From Felis catus (taxonomy: Eukaryota): a stretch of DNA of 64,000 nt. The position numbers were made by a program, and so were the translations under genes. The stretch lies in contig NC_058373.1 in NCBI RefSeq assembly GCF_018350175.1, positions 74,276,001-74,340,000 of the forward strand. Direction: 5' to 3'. This document shows, in pieces, positions 1-17,769 of this stretch; the first letter of the stretch is position 1, and each line of letters begins with the position of its first letter. The notes under the pieces are model-generated. The model was not told the DNA's origin. It saw only the letters and a list, made by a program, of their open reading frames with translations, and ran no database searches.

Positions 1-43
1 CCCATATCCCAGGCCCTGACCCCTCCCACCCCATCGTCTCCAG

Positions 44-3000
44 ATCCAGTGGTGCTTGGTGAGGAACAACCACTCCCAGACATGCCCTCAGGAGCAGGCC
101 TTCAGGCTGCAGCAGGGCCTGGTGACCAGCAGCGCCGAGCAAGTAAACGTTTCCCTCTGGGACACGTGGGGCATGCATGGGGCACACAGGGCTCAGGTGT
201 GATGTGATAGAGGGTGCACACACAAGGGTGGGGGCATGAAAGAGGCATTTTGTGGTGTCCACAACTGGACTGAATGCATGGGAGAGCAAAAGACGGGACA
301 TTCAGAGTATGGCTTAAACATGAGAGAACGTGTAGGGGGGCCCCAGACCAGGAGTCCCTGGGACCGCAGGAACTCCCCTGAGCATTCAAGGGCATCCCAA
401 GAAGAGAGAACAGGCCATCCAGAGACACCACTACTACCCCATCAGTGCCAGCACCAGGAGCACTGCCCAAGGGGACCCAGAAATGGGATGCCTGGGGTCC
501 CACCTGGGAAGATGAGGGTGCGAGGATCCCCCCACCGCTGACACTTCTGCCGGCTGTGCTCCAGATGCTGCAGCGGCTGTGTGGCCGGGTGCAGGAGGAG
601 GTTCGGGCCCTGAGGCTGTGCCCCCTGGAGCCTGTGCAGGATGAGCTGCTTTATGCTCGGGACCTGATCAAGGACGCCAAAAACTCACGGGCGGTGAGCC
701 CTCCGCAGCCCCACCCTCCTTCGCAGTCCGAGAGCCCAGGAAGGCCGGCCACACTACCCCAGGAGTACCCGCGCCCTGACCCATGCATCTGTCCTCCCAG
801 CCCAGGGCCCCCAAGGACCTGGTCAGGCCCGATTCTGACCTTCTGATGATAGCCCTTTCCTTCTGCAGCTGTTTCCCAGCCTCTATGAGCTGGGCCACGT
901 GCTGGCCAATGACGGGCCTGTACGGCAGAGGCTGGAGTCAGTTGCCAGTGAGGTGTCCAAGGCTGTGGACAAGGAACTGCAGGCAAGTCCTGAGGGAAGA
1001 AGCCCAGTGTTGACCAAGGCTCAAAGCTGAGGGCTGAGGTCAGCATGGGGAAATTACTGGGGACAGGAAGGAAAGGCAGAGTTGAAGCCATCCACACTCC
1101 CAATGTTTCTGGCTTTGCTAGAAAACAGGGCTTGGATTTTTTCTGCTAGCTTCCATGTTGACCCCTGAACTCTGACCTCTCCCCTGTCCATATGGCAGGA
1201 TGGAAGGAACACTTACCAGGATGTGGGGAAGCCTGAATGTCCCAGGCTCTGCTGGTAACCAGCCCCAGAACGTTGGTGGGCCCCTTAGTCTCACCATGGG
1301 GGGCTGGAATAGACAGGCTAGAGTCTCTTCCAGTGTGGTGCCAGCCCTGACCCTGCGCCCCGCCCCCCCCGGGGCTCTGGCCTCCCCTCCCCCATACTAG
1401 GTGATCCTGGAGTCGATGGTCAGCCTTACGCAGGAGTTATGTCCTGTGGCCATGCGAGTGGCTGAGGGACACAACAAGATGCTGAGCAATGTGGCTGAGC
1501 GCGTCACTGTGCCCCGGAACTTCATCCGAGGGGCGCTGCTGGAGCAGGCAGGACAGGACATTCAGAACAAGCTGGAGTGAGAAGTGGAGGGGGTTGGCAC
1601 TGGGAAGGGGCTGGATTTGTCCCAGAGCACTTAGGAACCTGGGGCCCAGCTACAGCAATGAATAATGAATGGCATAATCTCCATTACAAGGGATAAATCT
1701 TTAACTAACTGCAACCTTGCTATTTAGGGTCTAACTGGTCTTTGCCCTAGAAATCTAAGTGCTGAGCCTGGGTTTAGGAGCCTGGCAGTGCACATGTAGG
1801 TGTACACACACACTCAGCCACACACATCCACCGAGAATGGCCTCCCAGAAACAAAGCACAGCCTCCTCGGAGGCATGGACAAAATCGATGTGAGTAGGGG
1901 TGCCTGAACTATGCTCTGCCCTCACTCAGTTCTCGTGTTCCCCTCCAGTGTTCTCTCATCCTAGGTGCCACTGCTCACCAAAGCAAAGGAATATTATCAC
2001 TCATATCCATGAAGTGGCCAGCTCAAGAAGAGCCAGTTTCTGGGCTTCCAGCAGAGACCAGCAGGGTTCACTCAGCACCCCAATTTACCCAGCTCTGTTC
2101 CACTGGAACTCCAGGAGCCTGGCCCAGAGCCCCTTTGCTCTTTCTCCTCAATTCCTCTTTGCCCACCCTCCCGATCTACACACACCTATGCGGGGTGTCA
2201 GTGGGTGGGACAGAGCATGCCTTTATGGAGACACAAGGGAGACCTAAGGTGCCTCCATGGATGTCCAGGCCAGCTGCCCACTCCCTTAGGCACCTGGGGA
2301 AAGGCTTAGGGGCCAGGGAGCAGGATGACTGAGTAGTCCCACCTGTGCCCACAGTGAAGTAAAGCTCTCAGTCGTCACCTACTTGACCAACTCCATAGTG
2401 GACGAGATCCTGCAGGAGCTGTACCACTCCCACAAGAGCCTGGTAAGGCTTCTGAACCCCAGCCAGGCTCAGGCACACTCTCCACCCCACATCATCCCAT
2501 CTCCCCCAACCAACCATCCCCCAAAGCCCCTGAAGGTGAGCAGCTTCCTTGGGAACCTGTTCACATCTGTCCTTCCCCAGGCCCGGCACCTGGCCCAGCT
2601 AAAGACACTATCAGATCCACCATTGGGGCCAGGCCAAGGGCAGGATCCGTCCTCCCGGGGCCGAGGCCGGAACCATGACCGTGAGGAGACCACAGATGAT
2701 GAACTTGGGACCAACATCGTGAGTGCCCCAACCCCCACTCCCCACCTTAAACTAGGTCCTGACCCTGAACCTGCAAAACACTGTCCCCGTCCATTTCTCT
2801 GGACTCCACTTTCCCCTGACACTGGGCCTGGTCTCATCCCCCAGCCCCAATCCAGCCCAGCCTCTTCCCTTGTCCCAATACCTCAGCCACCCAAAGAAAG
2901 TGAGGCAGGAAGGGCTCCAAAGAGAAGGCTTTATGAGGAATAAGAGGCTTCAGATGAGGCTCCTGGGACTTTCAACTTGGCTCCACCATTGGTTTCCATT

Positions 3001-6000
3001 TCTGCAGGACACCATGGCCATCAAAAAGCAGAAACGCTGCCGCAAGATCCGGCCAGTGTCCGCCTTCATTAGTGAGTCCCCAGCCTCAATTCTAATGTCC
3101 TCCAGGTCCCTACACCCTTCCCAAGCCCTGGCCCCTTTCTTTTTAATTGTCTTTCCAGCCTGCTTTCTCCCTGTGCCTCTTGCTACTCCCTCTAATGCTG
3201 CTGTGCCCACAGGTGGGAGCCCTCAGGACATGGAAAGCCAGCTGGGGAGCCTGGGGATCCCCCCTGGCTGGTTCTCAGGACTCGGAAGCAGCCAGCCCAC
3301 AGGCAGTGGCTCCTGGGAGGGTCTATCCGAGCTGCCCACTCACGGCTATAAACTAAGGCATCAAACACAAGGCAGGCCTCGGCCCCCAGGACCACACCTC
3401 CAGGACCTGGTCGGCCCAGTGTGAGTCCATAAGTCCTTGCAAAAGGACCCACACCACTTAGCAATGCCAGAGCCAGGGGTTCTAGCCTTAGGACCAAAAT
3501 GCCAGAGACATCAGCCTTGGGGGATCAGGCAGGGGCCCAGGCAGGCCACTGAAAAGAGGATGGGATTAGCCAGTTTTCCCAGATAGGAAATCTGTCTGCC
3601 AGTCAGTGGCAGTTCCCATTTGGGTGAGGGATACAGCCAAGAGCCACCATGCCTAGGAAATGCCCAGGCAGACTGAAGTCTAAATTTTCATGGGGCCAAC
3701 AAGAGGCAAGTCCAAGTCCAAAGGGGAAGGCCCTGAGTGAATGGAGGGAGTAGGGAGGACTTCCTGTTCCAGATGAGATACCCTACAGGACTTTCCTCCC
3801 AGCAGGTGCCAATAACTGGGACCCGACAGGAGAATGGGATGGCCACCCGCCTGGATGAGGGGCTAGAGGATTTTTTCAGCCGAAGGGTCATGGATGAAAG
3901 CTCCAGGTGTGGCACCTAGGCACAGTCCCATTTTCTGCAGGCCCAGAGGCCCTGAAGGGCTCCTTCCCAGCAGTCATGGAGGCCTCTCCAATGGCAGTGT
4001 CCCAAAGCCAGTCTCTCTGAAACATTTCCCCCACGTTCTCGTCCTTCCCCACTCAGCCCTTAACTCCCATGTTCTCTGACTTTCCTCAGGACAGCTGGGA
4101 AGCATGGGGCCAGGGTGAACCACCACGGTGGGATGGTGGGGGGGGGTGGGTCGCAACAGGCACTGGGATGGGATGACAGTGGTAAGAGCCCTGGAGGGTA
4201 TATTCTCTGTCACAGTCCTGCAGACTCTCCAGCACCTGTCCAGAAGAAACGGAGTCACTGGGAGAAGCTGAGAGAAGGATGGGGGGATGGGGGTGCCTGG
4301 GAGGAAGGAGTTGCTGGGGAGACAGAGGGAAGGAGGCTGCTGGAGGATGACGGAGAAGGTGAGGAAGCCATGTCTCCTGAGACCTAAGTGGAAAGGGTTA
4401 CGGGGCAGCAGGAGAGACTGGATGAAAGGAAAGTTGGAGGCTTATTAGACCCAGGGCTAGACTAACACTAGCACCAGCCTGGGCCCTGAGTGACCTCCAC
4501 ATCTGGCATTTTGCACCTGCCTGCGACTTTGTCAGTAACTCACCCCAACTCTGCTCAGCTACCCCCGGACTCTGCGGACCCTGCGGCCAGGCCTCTCAGA
4601 GCCGCCACTGCCTCCACTCCAGAAGAAGAGACGCAGAGGCCTGTTTCACTTTCGCCGGCCCCGGAGCTTCAAGGGGGATAGGGGACCAGGGTCCCCCACC
4701 ACTGGGCTCCTCCTCCCTCCTCCCCCACCCCCACCCCCAACTCAGGAGAGCCCCCCAAGCCCAGATCCCCCCAGCCTTGGCAATAATTCCTCCCCCTGTT
4801 GGAGCCCAGAGGAGGAGAGCGGCCCCCTCCCTGGATTTGGGGGGAGCCGGGGGCCTTCCTTCCGCAGGAAGATGGTAAGTGAGGTGAGGTGCTGTATCCT
4901 CGCTTGTTGCTGTTCCACACGTAGCCCACCCACTTACCCTGTCCCAGGCAGTTAATGGGAAAATGACAGGACTCGAGGTTCTGGGGAACTTTGGTCTTCC
5001 CAATGGCCCCACTCCTTGAGTGATCTAAGCCTGGTGACCCAGAGCATGCTGGGAGTGCTGCATGCAAAGAAGGACAGAGGAAGGACTCCTCAGAGGAGGG
5101 GTGGAGGATCAGAGGGTTGCGGCAGGCCAGTCCCAGGGCTGGGGTCTCAGAGGGGTAGGGGCCCTCCCTCACTCCCTTGCAGCCTATGGAGCCCCTTCTC
5201 CATCAGGAACTGCTTATAAACCCACGGCCTTGTTCCAGGGCACTGAGGGGGCGGAGCCAGGGGAGGGGGGCCTGGCCCCTGGGACGGCACAGCAGCCAAG
5301 GGTCCATGGTGTTGCCCTTCCTGGGTTGGGAAGAGCCAAGGGTTGGAGCTTCGACGGGAAACGAGAGGTGAGGGGAGCCCAGGCACCCAAGTGTTTCTAT
5401 GGATCCCTGTCTGCCTCCCTTCTGTGCCCTGTCCCTGCTTGGGCCAGTGGAGAGAGTGATCCTCTGGTGTTAGAAGGTGTTAGCTGCAAGTCTGCTCATT
5501 CCACACACTCACCTGCCGTGAAAGGCTGAGGAGGTCATTTAGCCTCCCGGAGCCTCTACCTCCCTGGAAAATGGGCAGTTGTAAAAATACTTACCTCTAG
5601 AGTTCTGTTTCTGAAAGTTTGGTGACTAGATTATCACCTTTATGACTGATTTTCCCCTTCCCCACATACCACCTGGATTATTATTCACATATTTTTATTT
5701 AAATCAACTCACCCTTTTAACTTAGTGTTGTCCTAAGCATTATCATTTTTTAAATCATGGACTTATTGTACTAGTCATGTTTTTTTTTTTTTTCTACCAC
5801 ACATAAAATAAACACATAACTGCTAAAATGACAACATGCTCATTCGTGTAAGCCGTTTCTTACACCCCCTAGGGTGGTAGGGGTGTGACTTTTGGGGGAT
5901 AAGGGTACAAGTGTCCAGGGACTAATGCCATGAGAATGGCATGAGATGCTAGAGCAGAAGCCCCTTGTTAACTGCAGTCTCCATGTAGAGGGGACTTTCT

Positions 6001-8577
6001 TATGAGCTGACTCAGCTGTCCTTTCAGGGTGCAGGCCCAGACCTGGAGGGCAGTGTCCAGGCTTGGCAGAAACGGCGCTCTTCAGACGATGCAGGTGAGA
6101 CAGTCCCCCTCACTTCCTTCCCTTGACCCCTCTCTCAGGGGCCCCTTCTAATTCGCCTTTCCCCTTCCCCTTTCTCATCTCCTCCCTGCACCCCAGGGCC
6201 GGGAGCCTGGAAGCCCCCACCACCACCCCAAAGCACCAAGCCAAGCTTCAGCGCCATGCGCCGAGCAGAAGCCACATGGCACATAGGTATGGAACGCCTC
6301 TTCTCAGGCAGCAGCACTGAAGGCCCAGGGTGTGTCCAAAGAACCAGAAGCCACAGCCCCCATGTTTACAGCCAAGGTGGGGCAGTCAGGAAGTCACCAC
6401 AGTAAAAATGTTTTGAGGATATTTACAAAGCCTCATCCAAAGGAAAGGAACAACCCAATGCAAAGAAAGATCTTACAGAACAAAAGTGGCTTTGCCAGGA
6501 TTAGCAGAAAGGAAGAACACTTTGTGGATGGTTCCAGGGAATTCCGTAGAGCAGGGGCCACCTCTGGCCACCGTCAGCAGAGTGGCACCTCTATAAAGAA
6601 GGTCTCTCTCTGCACCTCAGCTGGGAAAGAGGGTGAGCAAGTACCAGCCATGCCAGACCCACCTCGAACATTCCAGTCTCCTCCAAAAGTAGCTCGCCAA
6701 GCCATCCACAGTTCACTCAGAAATGTGCCACAAGAAAAGGGCAAGAGCCATGCCTTGGGGGGCAGAAACCCTGGGTGTTGGTCCCGGTTCAACCACCACC
6801 AGCAGTGTTGACCTTAAGCAAGTCATTTACCTTCTGGCTTCAGAACTCTGGAGGAGTAAATGAATTGTGGTAGGATGCTTTCTTTCTGCTGGGATCAGAG
6901 CACTTAAGGAGCCTCTAAAGGAAAGCTGGTCAGCTCGGCATCAACTCACTTGCCCACAGGCCTGGAACACAACCCTCCGACAACACTGACGTGGGCAAAT
7001 CTCCCCATAGAGGCAGACACTTACTCACCCGCCCCCTCCCATCCCAAGGCTGGGGCACAAGGGCATGGTGCAGAGTCCGTGCCCCTGGCCAATCCTCCAA
7101 GGCCATCCCAGCACTGAAGGCATCTTTGCTGATCATCCCATCCCACTCACAGACTAGTTAAAACACCTAAAGCGAGGCTCCATCCTTCATTTAGGAAAGC
7201 ACAATAGTCAGATGCTCCACTGGGCACACACCTACCACCAGCACCCTCCAGGTCCCTCTTACTCACACCTCACAGATACACACACAGACAACACCTTCCA
7301 GGTAGTGCACCCTCAGGCTCAGATTGCATGAAGCCACAGAGGCAGCGGTGGGAGGGTGCCAGGGCATCTCTCCCCAAGGCTCTCACCATCTAAATCAGAC
7401 TGGCAGAGTCCTGGGAATGCCAGGCTGCAGCCTTGGCAGAGCCTCGGGGCACTGCGGCCTTGGATGGGCAGCCATGCCTGTGGACCCAGCAGTCCCTGTA
7501 CCCTGGCTCTGCCCCAGCAGGCATGGGCTCAAGCACTGCCCTTCAAGAGGAACAGCCACACCAGGGCCCCCTCCAAAGGTGATGGGCTCAGGACAATCCT
7601 AGAGACCATACCAAGGATACAGAAACACTTAGAGCAGAAGGGGACATCCAGGGCAGAGGCAGAGGAGCAAATGGGCTTGGAGGGGAGAAGTCCTGGCCTC
7701 CAGGGCTTCGTAAGGAAGAAGGTCAGGGAGAGCTATGCAAGAATGCCTTTTCCTACAGCTTCTCCTCTCTTCCCATCCCCCAGCTGAGGAGAGTGCCCCC
7801 AACCACAGCTGCCAGAGCCCCAGCCCAGCCTCTCAGGACGGGGAGGAGGAAAAGGAGGGGGCCCAACTCCCAGAGAGGACCGTTCCCACTAGGAATGCCA
7901 AGGTGAGGGCCGGCAAGGCGGAGGGGAAGGGCCCTTGGATGAGGTGAAGGGACTAACTGACCCAGTCTTTTCCTTCTTTTGCCAGCTGCAGGACCCCCCT
8001 TTAGCTTCACGGCCCCCCAAGCCAGTGGCTGTGCCCCGGGGCCGCCGGCCCCCCCAGGAGCCAGGGGGCAGGGAGGAGGCTGAGGCTGGGGGTGCAGTCC
8101 TAGGAATGAACAAACCCCGGCTGAGGCTGGGCTCACAGCAGGATCAAGAGGAGACCGAGGTCCAAGGTCTACCACCTGGCTTGGGGCGGGGTGCTTGGGG
8201 TGCCTCTGGGACCTCATTGCCCACCTCAGGACCCCTCCCGGGCTTGGAATGAGTCACAGCTTGGATGAGCACCCAGCCTATGAGCCCTACTCATGTGCCA
8301 GGCCCACCTTGACTGTCATTTCAGGGCCCCCAGATCCAGGCCGCCGGACTGCCCCCCTGAAGCCCAAGAGGACGCGGCGGGCACAGTCCTGTGACAAGCT
8401 GGAGCCTGACAGAAGGCAGCCCCCTGACCCCACAGGTGCCAGTGGGGTGGGCAAAAGGGCAGTCCCCCTCTGCCAGATATGGTATAGCCCACACCGAGAG
8501 GCTGGCTCTCCCTGCCTAGGAAACAGGACTCCCTGGATTTGTCCCCAGCAGGAACCAGTGAGCCAGGAACAGACTGA
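44..8577 (+). CDS. CARMIL3: CARMIL3 (LRRC16B) capping protein regulator, 3' portion; 5' part lies outside the window
   Basis: Exons traced: 44-142, 565-693, 869-982 (GC donor), 1401-1576, 2355-2442, 2581-2718, 3008-3071, 3213-3420 (1 nt short, see findings), 3806-3906, 4559-4874, 5239-5367, 6028-6094, 6197-6286, 7784-7902, 7986-8166, 8325-8435, 8552-8577 (TGA). Peptides match recalled CARMIL3, including CPI motif LRHQTQGRPRP, CSI motif RLDEGLEDFF, basic KKRRRGLFHFRR and C-terminal TSEPGTD*. Confidence 0.95.
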
Positions 8578-8848
8578 CAGCCGCTACAGCACCCTGCCCA
8601 GCCCTCCTCTCAACATGTGCCTCACAAGGACTCAGACCCCCACCCACCCCCCACACCTCCAGGCCCCTCTGCCAGCCCATCCCCCAGGGGCAGGATGGCA
8701 GGATGAGGCCTGGGGACAGGAGGTGGGGGACAGGATGGGAGGGAGCAACCTGGAGAGAGGGAGGCAGAGCTTGGGGCAGGGCCGTCTCCTCTCCTGGAAG
8801 GGCAGATCTGTCCCTCTATCCCCAGGGACTCTCTCCCTCCTTGTATAG

Positions 8849-8854
8849 AATAAA
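8849..8854 (+). terminator. CARMIL3 polyadenylation signal
   Basis: AATAAA about 270 nt after the stop, followed by a T/GT-rich stretch. Confidence 0.7.
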
Positions 8855-9399
8855 AAAAAAACAAAATCACTGCCTGCTTTGTCTCTGCTGTCTTCCCCAT
8901 TCACTGCCACCACCCCCCACCATCTGCTCCCCCTCAGTGCTCAGTGCTTGGCCACAGTGGGGAAAAGTAGGGAATACTCCACAGGGATGAGAATGGAGCT
9001 CTGACAGGAGAGAGATGGGCCCAAGACGTGCTAAGTGGGAGGGGACTGAAAAGTCCCTAAGTGTGGGGTGAGGGAGTGTATGTGCAGGATCTGGGCCTAG
9101 CTGGCTGAAGGAGAGACCAAAATGACACAAATCAGCACCAGTGTGTGTCCAGCTCTGGGGCATGCGGTGGGATTGGAAGGTCCCGGTGTTCAAGAGAAGG
9201 TTGGGGGGCAGCGTGCTGTGTGGTGTGTGTGCAAGTTTCCACACAGGCAGGCTCACTAATGGCGGAATTAAATGATGTTGCATTATCTTAGGGGTACCAT
9301 CAATAGTCAGAATCTCAACGGTAGAGTGGCCCGAGGGAACAGAAGTGGCCACAGTGAGGGATGATTAAATCAATTGTTTCCCATTGGTGTACTAACAAA

Positions 9400-9712
9400 T
9401 ACTACCTCAGCATTCCAGGCTCCATTCAGGAACCTCTTCCTCTGGGAAGCCCTTCCGATTGTCTTCTCCTGACTCATCAAAATTAAACCCTCCCTCTCTG
9501 TGTCCCATTGCATCCTGAATAAGTCTGGAACATTGCACCTGTCACATTTCATTGTGTATTTTTGTATTAGCTCATCATCTCTCTGTCTGTGGGTCTGTTC
9601 TTTCTACATGCACCTCCCCCAGGGGCAGGACCTAAGTCTCAATCACCTGTGCCGGGTGATTGCCTGTTCAGCCCCAGCCCCTGGCACGCAGATGTTCAAC
9701 AAATGGCCGTTA
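9400..9712 (+). mobile_element. L2 3' end remnant (approximate)
   Basis: Degenerate L2-like 3' terminus ending ...cctggcacgcagatgttcaacaaatg. Confidence 0.55.
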
Positions 9713-10189
9713 ACTTAGAGCAGCTTAGAGAATGGAGGGTCAAGATGTTCCGGTGAACCCTCTCGTGTACTCATCCCAGGTCACCATGTACCCAAATGTC
9801 CTCATGTGTGGATGCAGCTCCCCAGGGAATTGCCTAGTTTCCCGGGTGTCACTGGGGAAGGACTAACGTCTTGTTTCCTCAAGATCTGTGTGTGACATGG
9901 CCCCTCCCACAAGGATGTGACCACACGGGTTGAATCTTGGGGGGTGAGGGGTGAATTGTGAGCACCAGAAGATGCTTCGGGAATCAGTCCTTTAGCGCAT
10001 GTCCCTAGTGGCAGCCCTGCCTCAGGATGGGAGACTGTGTGTGTCCTTAAGCAATTGTGTGCATCTCCTTGTGTGTCCCTGTTGAAAAGCAGCGAGGGAA
10101 CTGGACCTCATTCGCAAAGCTATGAGATTTAGCGTGGTATGGGATGGTTTTTAAGGAGCACGTGAAGATCTCCATTCTGTTGTATTTGG

Positions 10190-10515
10190 GTTGGTGTGAA
10201 TGAGTGTATGTGTGTGTGACAAGTATAGCCCAGTGTTCTTTTATGAGTTACTGTGAATATCCTTCACAAGCGCGATGTGGAGAGTGCTGAGACTGGGTGT
10301 GTTTCCTTCTGTGTATCCGTAGGGCTGTAACTGTCGTGGTGTCACAGTGAGTTTATGGTGCTGGCGCCTGTGTGTGTCAGGATACGTGTGAGCCCACGAG
10401 CCGTGGGTGCGTGTGTCTCCATCGTCTCCTGGTGTGAATGTGTGTGCGTGCACACACTGCCACAATGTGTGCATGGGCGTGGTGTGAAGGGTAAGATGTG
10501 TGTCACTGTGTCTGT
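10190..10515. repeat. TG-rich low-complexity region
   Basis: Interrupted (TG)n/GTGT runs. Confidence 0.7.
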
Positions 10516-10675
10516 GGGGGTCCTGCCTCTGAGCCACCCCCGGCCCGCCCTCCTCCCCCGGCTCTGTGGCTCCCTCCCAGGCAGTGGCCCTGCCCCTCCC
10601 CTCTTCTCCCTCCCAACCGGTCTGTGCGGGGGGGAGCTGGTGCTGCGGCCCCCCCACCCCTCCCCATCCAGGCCC

Positions 10676-10786
10676 CATAAATAGCAGCAGAGCCAGAGCC
10701 GGAGCCGGCGCCAGCGGCTGGAGAAGCAAGGGAGTCAGGGCCAGGGCCAGAGAGCCGGAGAGAGGAGCCCCCCGACTAGAGCCCAG
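10676..10786 (+). promoter_or_regulatory. CPNE6: CPNE6 TATA-like box and non-coding exon 1
   Basis: CATAAATA at 10676-10683 after a GC-rich proximal region; strong donor CAG|GTGAGC after 10786. TSS inferred near 10700. Confidence 0.65.
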
Positions 10787-12132
10787 GTGAGCCTCCCCTT
10801 CCTCCCTAGCCCAGCCCCAGCCTGGCCCAGCCTGGCCCAGTCTCCATAACAACATCTCCCCCCAGCCCCCAGAGAGGTCTCCAGTCCTGCCCGATCCCCT
10901 CACCACCACATGCACCTGCCCATCTCAGGGGCCCTGCGAGAACTGGGAGACTTGTGGCAGGAAGGCAGAGACCCCCACCCGCCCACCCAGACCCTCCCTC
11001 ACATATCCAGAAAGGCACGCGCTATGGGGAGGGGGGAACCCAGCCAGAGAAGGGTCCCGGTTCTGAGGGAGGTACGGGAACTGGCACACCCTCCTGGATA
11101 CAGACACACGACTAGGGCACAGACACACAGGGTGGGGGCATTCAGACACACCAACGCACACTCGCTTGGGGGAAGCACGACATGGGATCAGACAGCCTCA
11201 CCCTGAGATGTGGACAGACACAGATAGATGGACTGACCAGCCGTGAACTCGGGCCAGCATACCCCTGCCTGCTGCTGCCCGAGGCTTGATACCACTGCTG
11301 GGGGAGGGTGGCGTGCGTGCATCCCACGGGCAGCATGGAGGGGGTTGTGGCTCCCCAAAAATCCTGTCGCTAAGAGACAGTGCCAGTGCTGCCAAGAAGT
11401 GTGAGAACAGGGGAGGTGGGGAGGGAAGCGGGAGTTGTCATAGTGGGAGCCCCTGCCAGGAACCTGGAGGAGCTCTCAGCGGGGACGGGGCTCTGTCTCT
11501 AACTCCCCAAGCCCACCACCCCTCCCTTGCCGTAAGTCACCCAGGAGATGAGTAGGGGGAGGTGGATAAGGACAGCCCCGCAGGGCATCTTACAACCTGC
11601 CTCCTCCTGCCCACTGCAGACTCCATTCTTGCGGCCCATCCCCTTCAGACTTCCAGGGGCTCCTCCACCCATGTCCCCACCCCCTTGCCCCAGTTCAGCT
11701 CCCTCGTGCCAAGACTGAGTGCAGTGCTGGCTCAAACATCAGTCGGGAAATAGCAGAAGGTGCTGAGGTAGCAGAAAGCATGGATCAATCGATGGCCTAG
11801 GAGCCAAGACTGCCAGGAACCCCCCACATCCCCAGCCCTCTCCAACCCCATCCATGCATAGTAGGTCAGCAGGGGTGACAGAGGCATAGGGCTGTGCAAG
11901 AGTGGGAAGCTCAGGTCCTCTGCCCTCCTTGTCCACAGCTCCAGCCAAGGAAGCTAAGCTGAGGGCAGGGGTGGGGGTGGGTAGGGGGGAAGCAGGAGAT
12001 CCATAAGATCCCAGGGCCTCAGGAAGCAGGACAAGGTGGGGCATGGGGCCCAGGTTCCCAGAAGACAGACCCCTCCCCTGGCAGATGTTCCCTTTCCAGT
12101 GTCCAGGCCATCTGCTCTGTCCCCACAGTGAC

Positions 12133-16884
<4,752 letters not shown>

Positions 16885-17037
16885 CTGCCTCCTACCGGAC
16901 CGACACTCCCTCAGCCTCTCAGTGAGTCCTGGGGGCCCAAAGGGGTGGACAGGGGTGCAAGGTGGTGTTTGGTGGAGCCCATCTGGGCTCAATGTTGTGT
17001 AGAGGAAGGTGCTTATGACTATCCCCCCCTGTCCCAG

Positions 17038-17230
17038 GTGCCTGTCCTGACCCTTGTGATTCGAGTGACCAGTGCCTCTCCCTCTTGGACCGGCTGTGCC
17101 CCCTAGGTCCTGGAAGTGTGTGGTGAGCCCTGCTCTATCTCTCCAGGCCCCATACCCCTCAGCCTTGTGACTTTCTTCAGTGATCCTGACTTTCTGGCCA
17201 TTAATAAAGGGAACCACTCCTAGCACCTCA
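17038..17230 (+). other. CPNE6: Probable non-coding last exon of CPNE6 with polyA signal
   Basis: Donor A|GTGAGT after 16921, acceptor ccccctgtcccag| at 17037, AATAAA at 17203-17208. Confidence 0.6.
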
Positions 17231-17769
17231 GCCTCTATCCATCATGTCTCAGATGCCCAACACCCACCCAACCATACACGCCATTAAGAAATGAGGACCA
17301 GCACCTTTCAAAATCTGAGCCAGAGCTCCCCAGCAGCTTGGTATCTCAGCAGTTTCACGCCAACTGTGTGCCAGTGGGATCTGATGAGCCCTTACCCTCA
17401 CCTCCCAACCCCAGGGGGCCCAGCACCATGAAGGTTAATTACCAGAGATGGGGGGGGGTGGGTAATAAGGGGCTGTCAAAGGGGCAGGTTGATGCCCTCT
17501 TACAGCTGCCTCCAGAGAAGCCCAGCTGAGTCCCCCATGAGCTGAACTCCAGCCCCCACACAGCTGTGGGGCGGGCCGAGAAGGGGTGTTGGGCGGGGAC
17601 TGAAGGAGGGCAGCAGGTCTGTTCATGAATTATGAATATAAAGGGAGCATCTAAGGTCTGTGCAGGCTGGTTTTCCTGGGTGTGCGAATGTGTGTGCTCA
17701 TGCACTGCACATCCCGGCCTGTCCATGAGTGTGGTCTTAATGTAATGGTTCAGGAAGTCAGGCTGGGTA

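Noticed and set aside
5600-5870. AT-rich block in a CARMIL3 intron
   Set aside because: Looks like an old hAT/Charlie-type relic next to a MIR fragment; family cannot be supported by eye and it is not novel.
6332-6811. 159-aa intronic ORF in CARMIL3
   Set aside because: No family resemblance, and flanking exons 6286 and 7784 join in phase without it.
9640-9662. 8-bp inverted repeat CAATCACC/GGTGATTG
   Set aside because: Lies inside an L2 remnant; short enough to be chance.
10241-10915. 224-aa minus-strand ORF
   Set aside because: Spans the CPNE6 promoter and TG-rich low-complexity DNA; His/Thr runs come from CA repeats.
17419-17434. REST/RE1-like half-sites near neuronal genes (also 9132 and 10331)
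   Set aside because: Only half of the 21-bp RE1 consensus matches.
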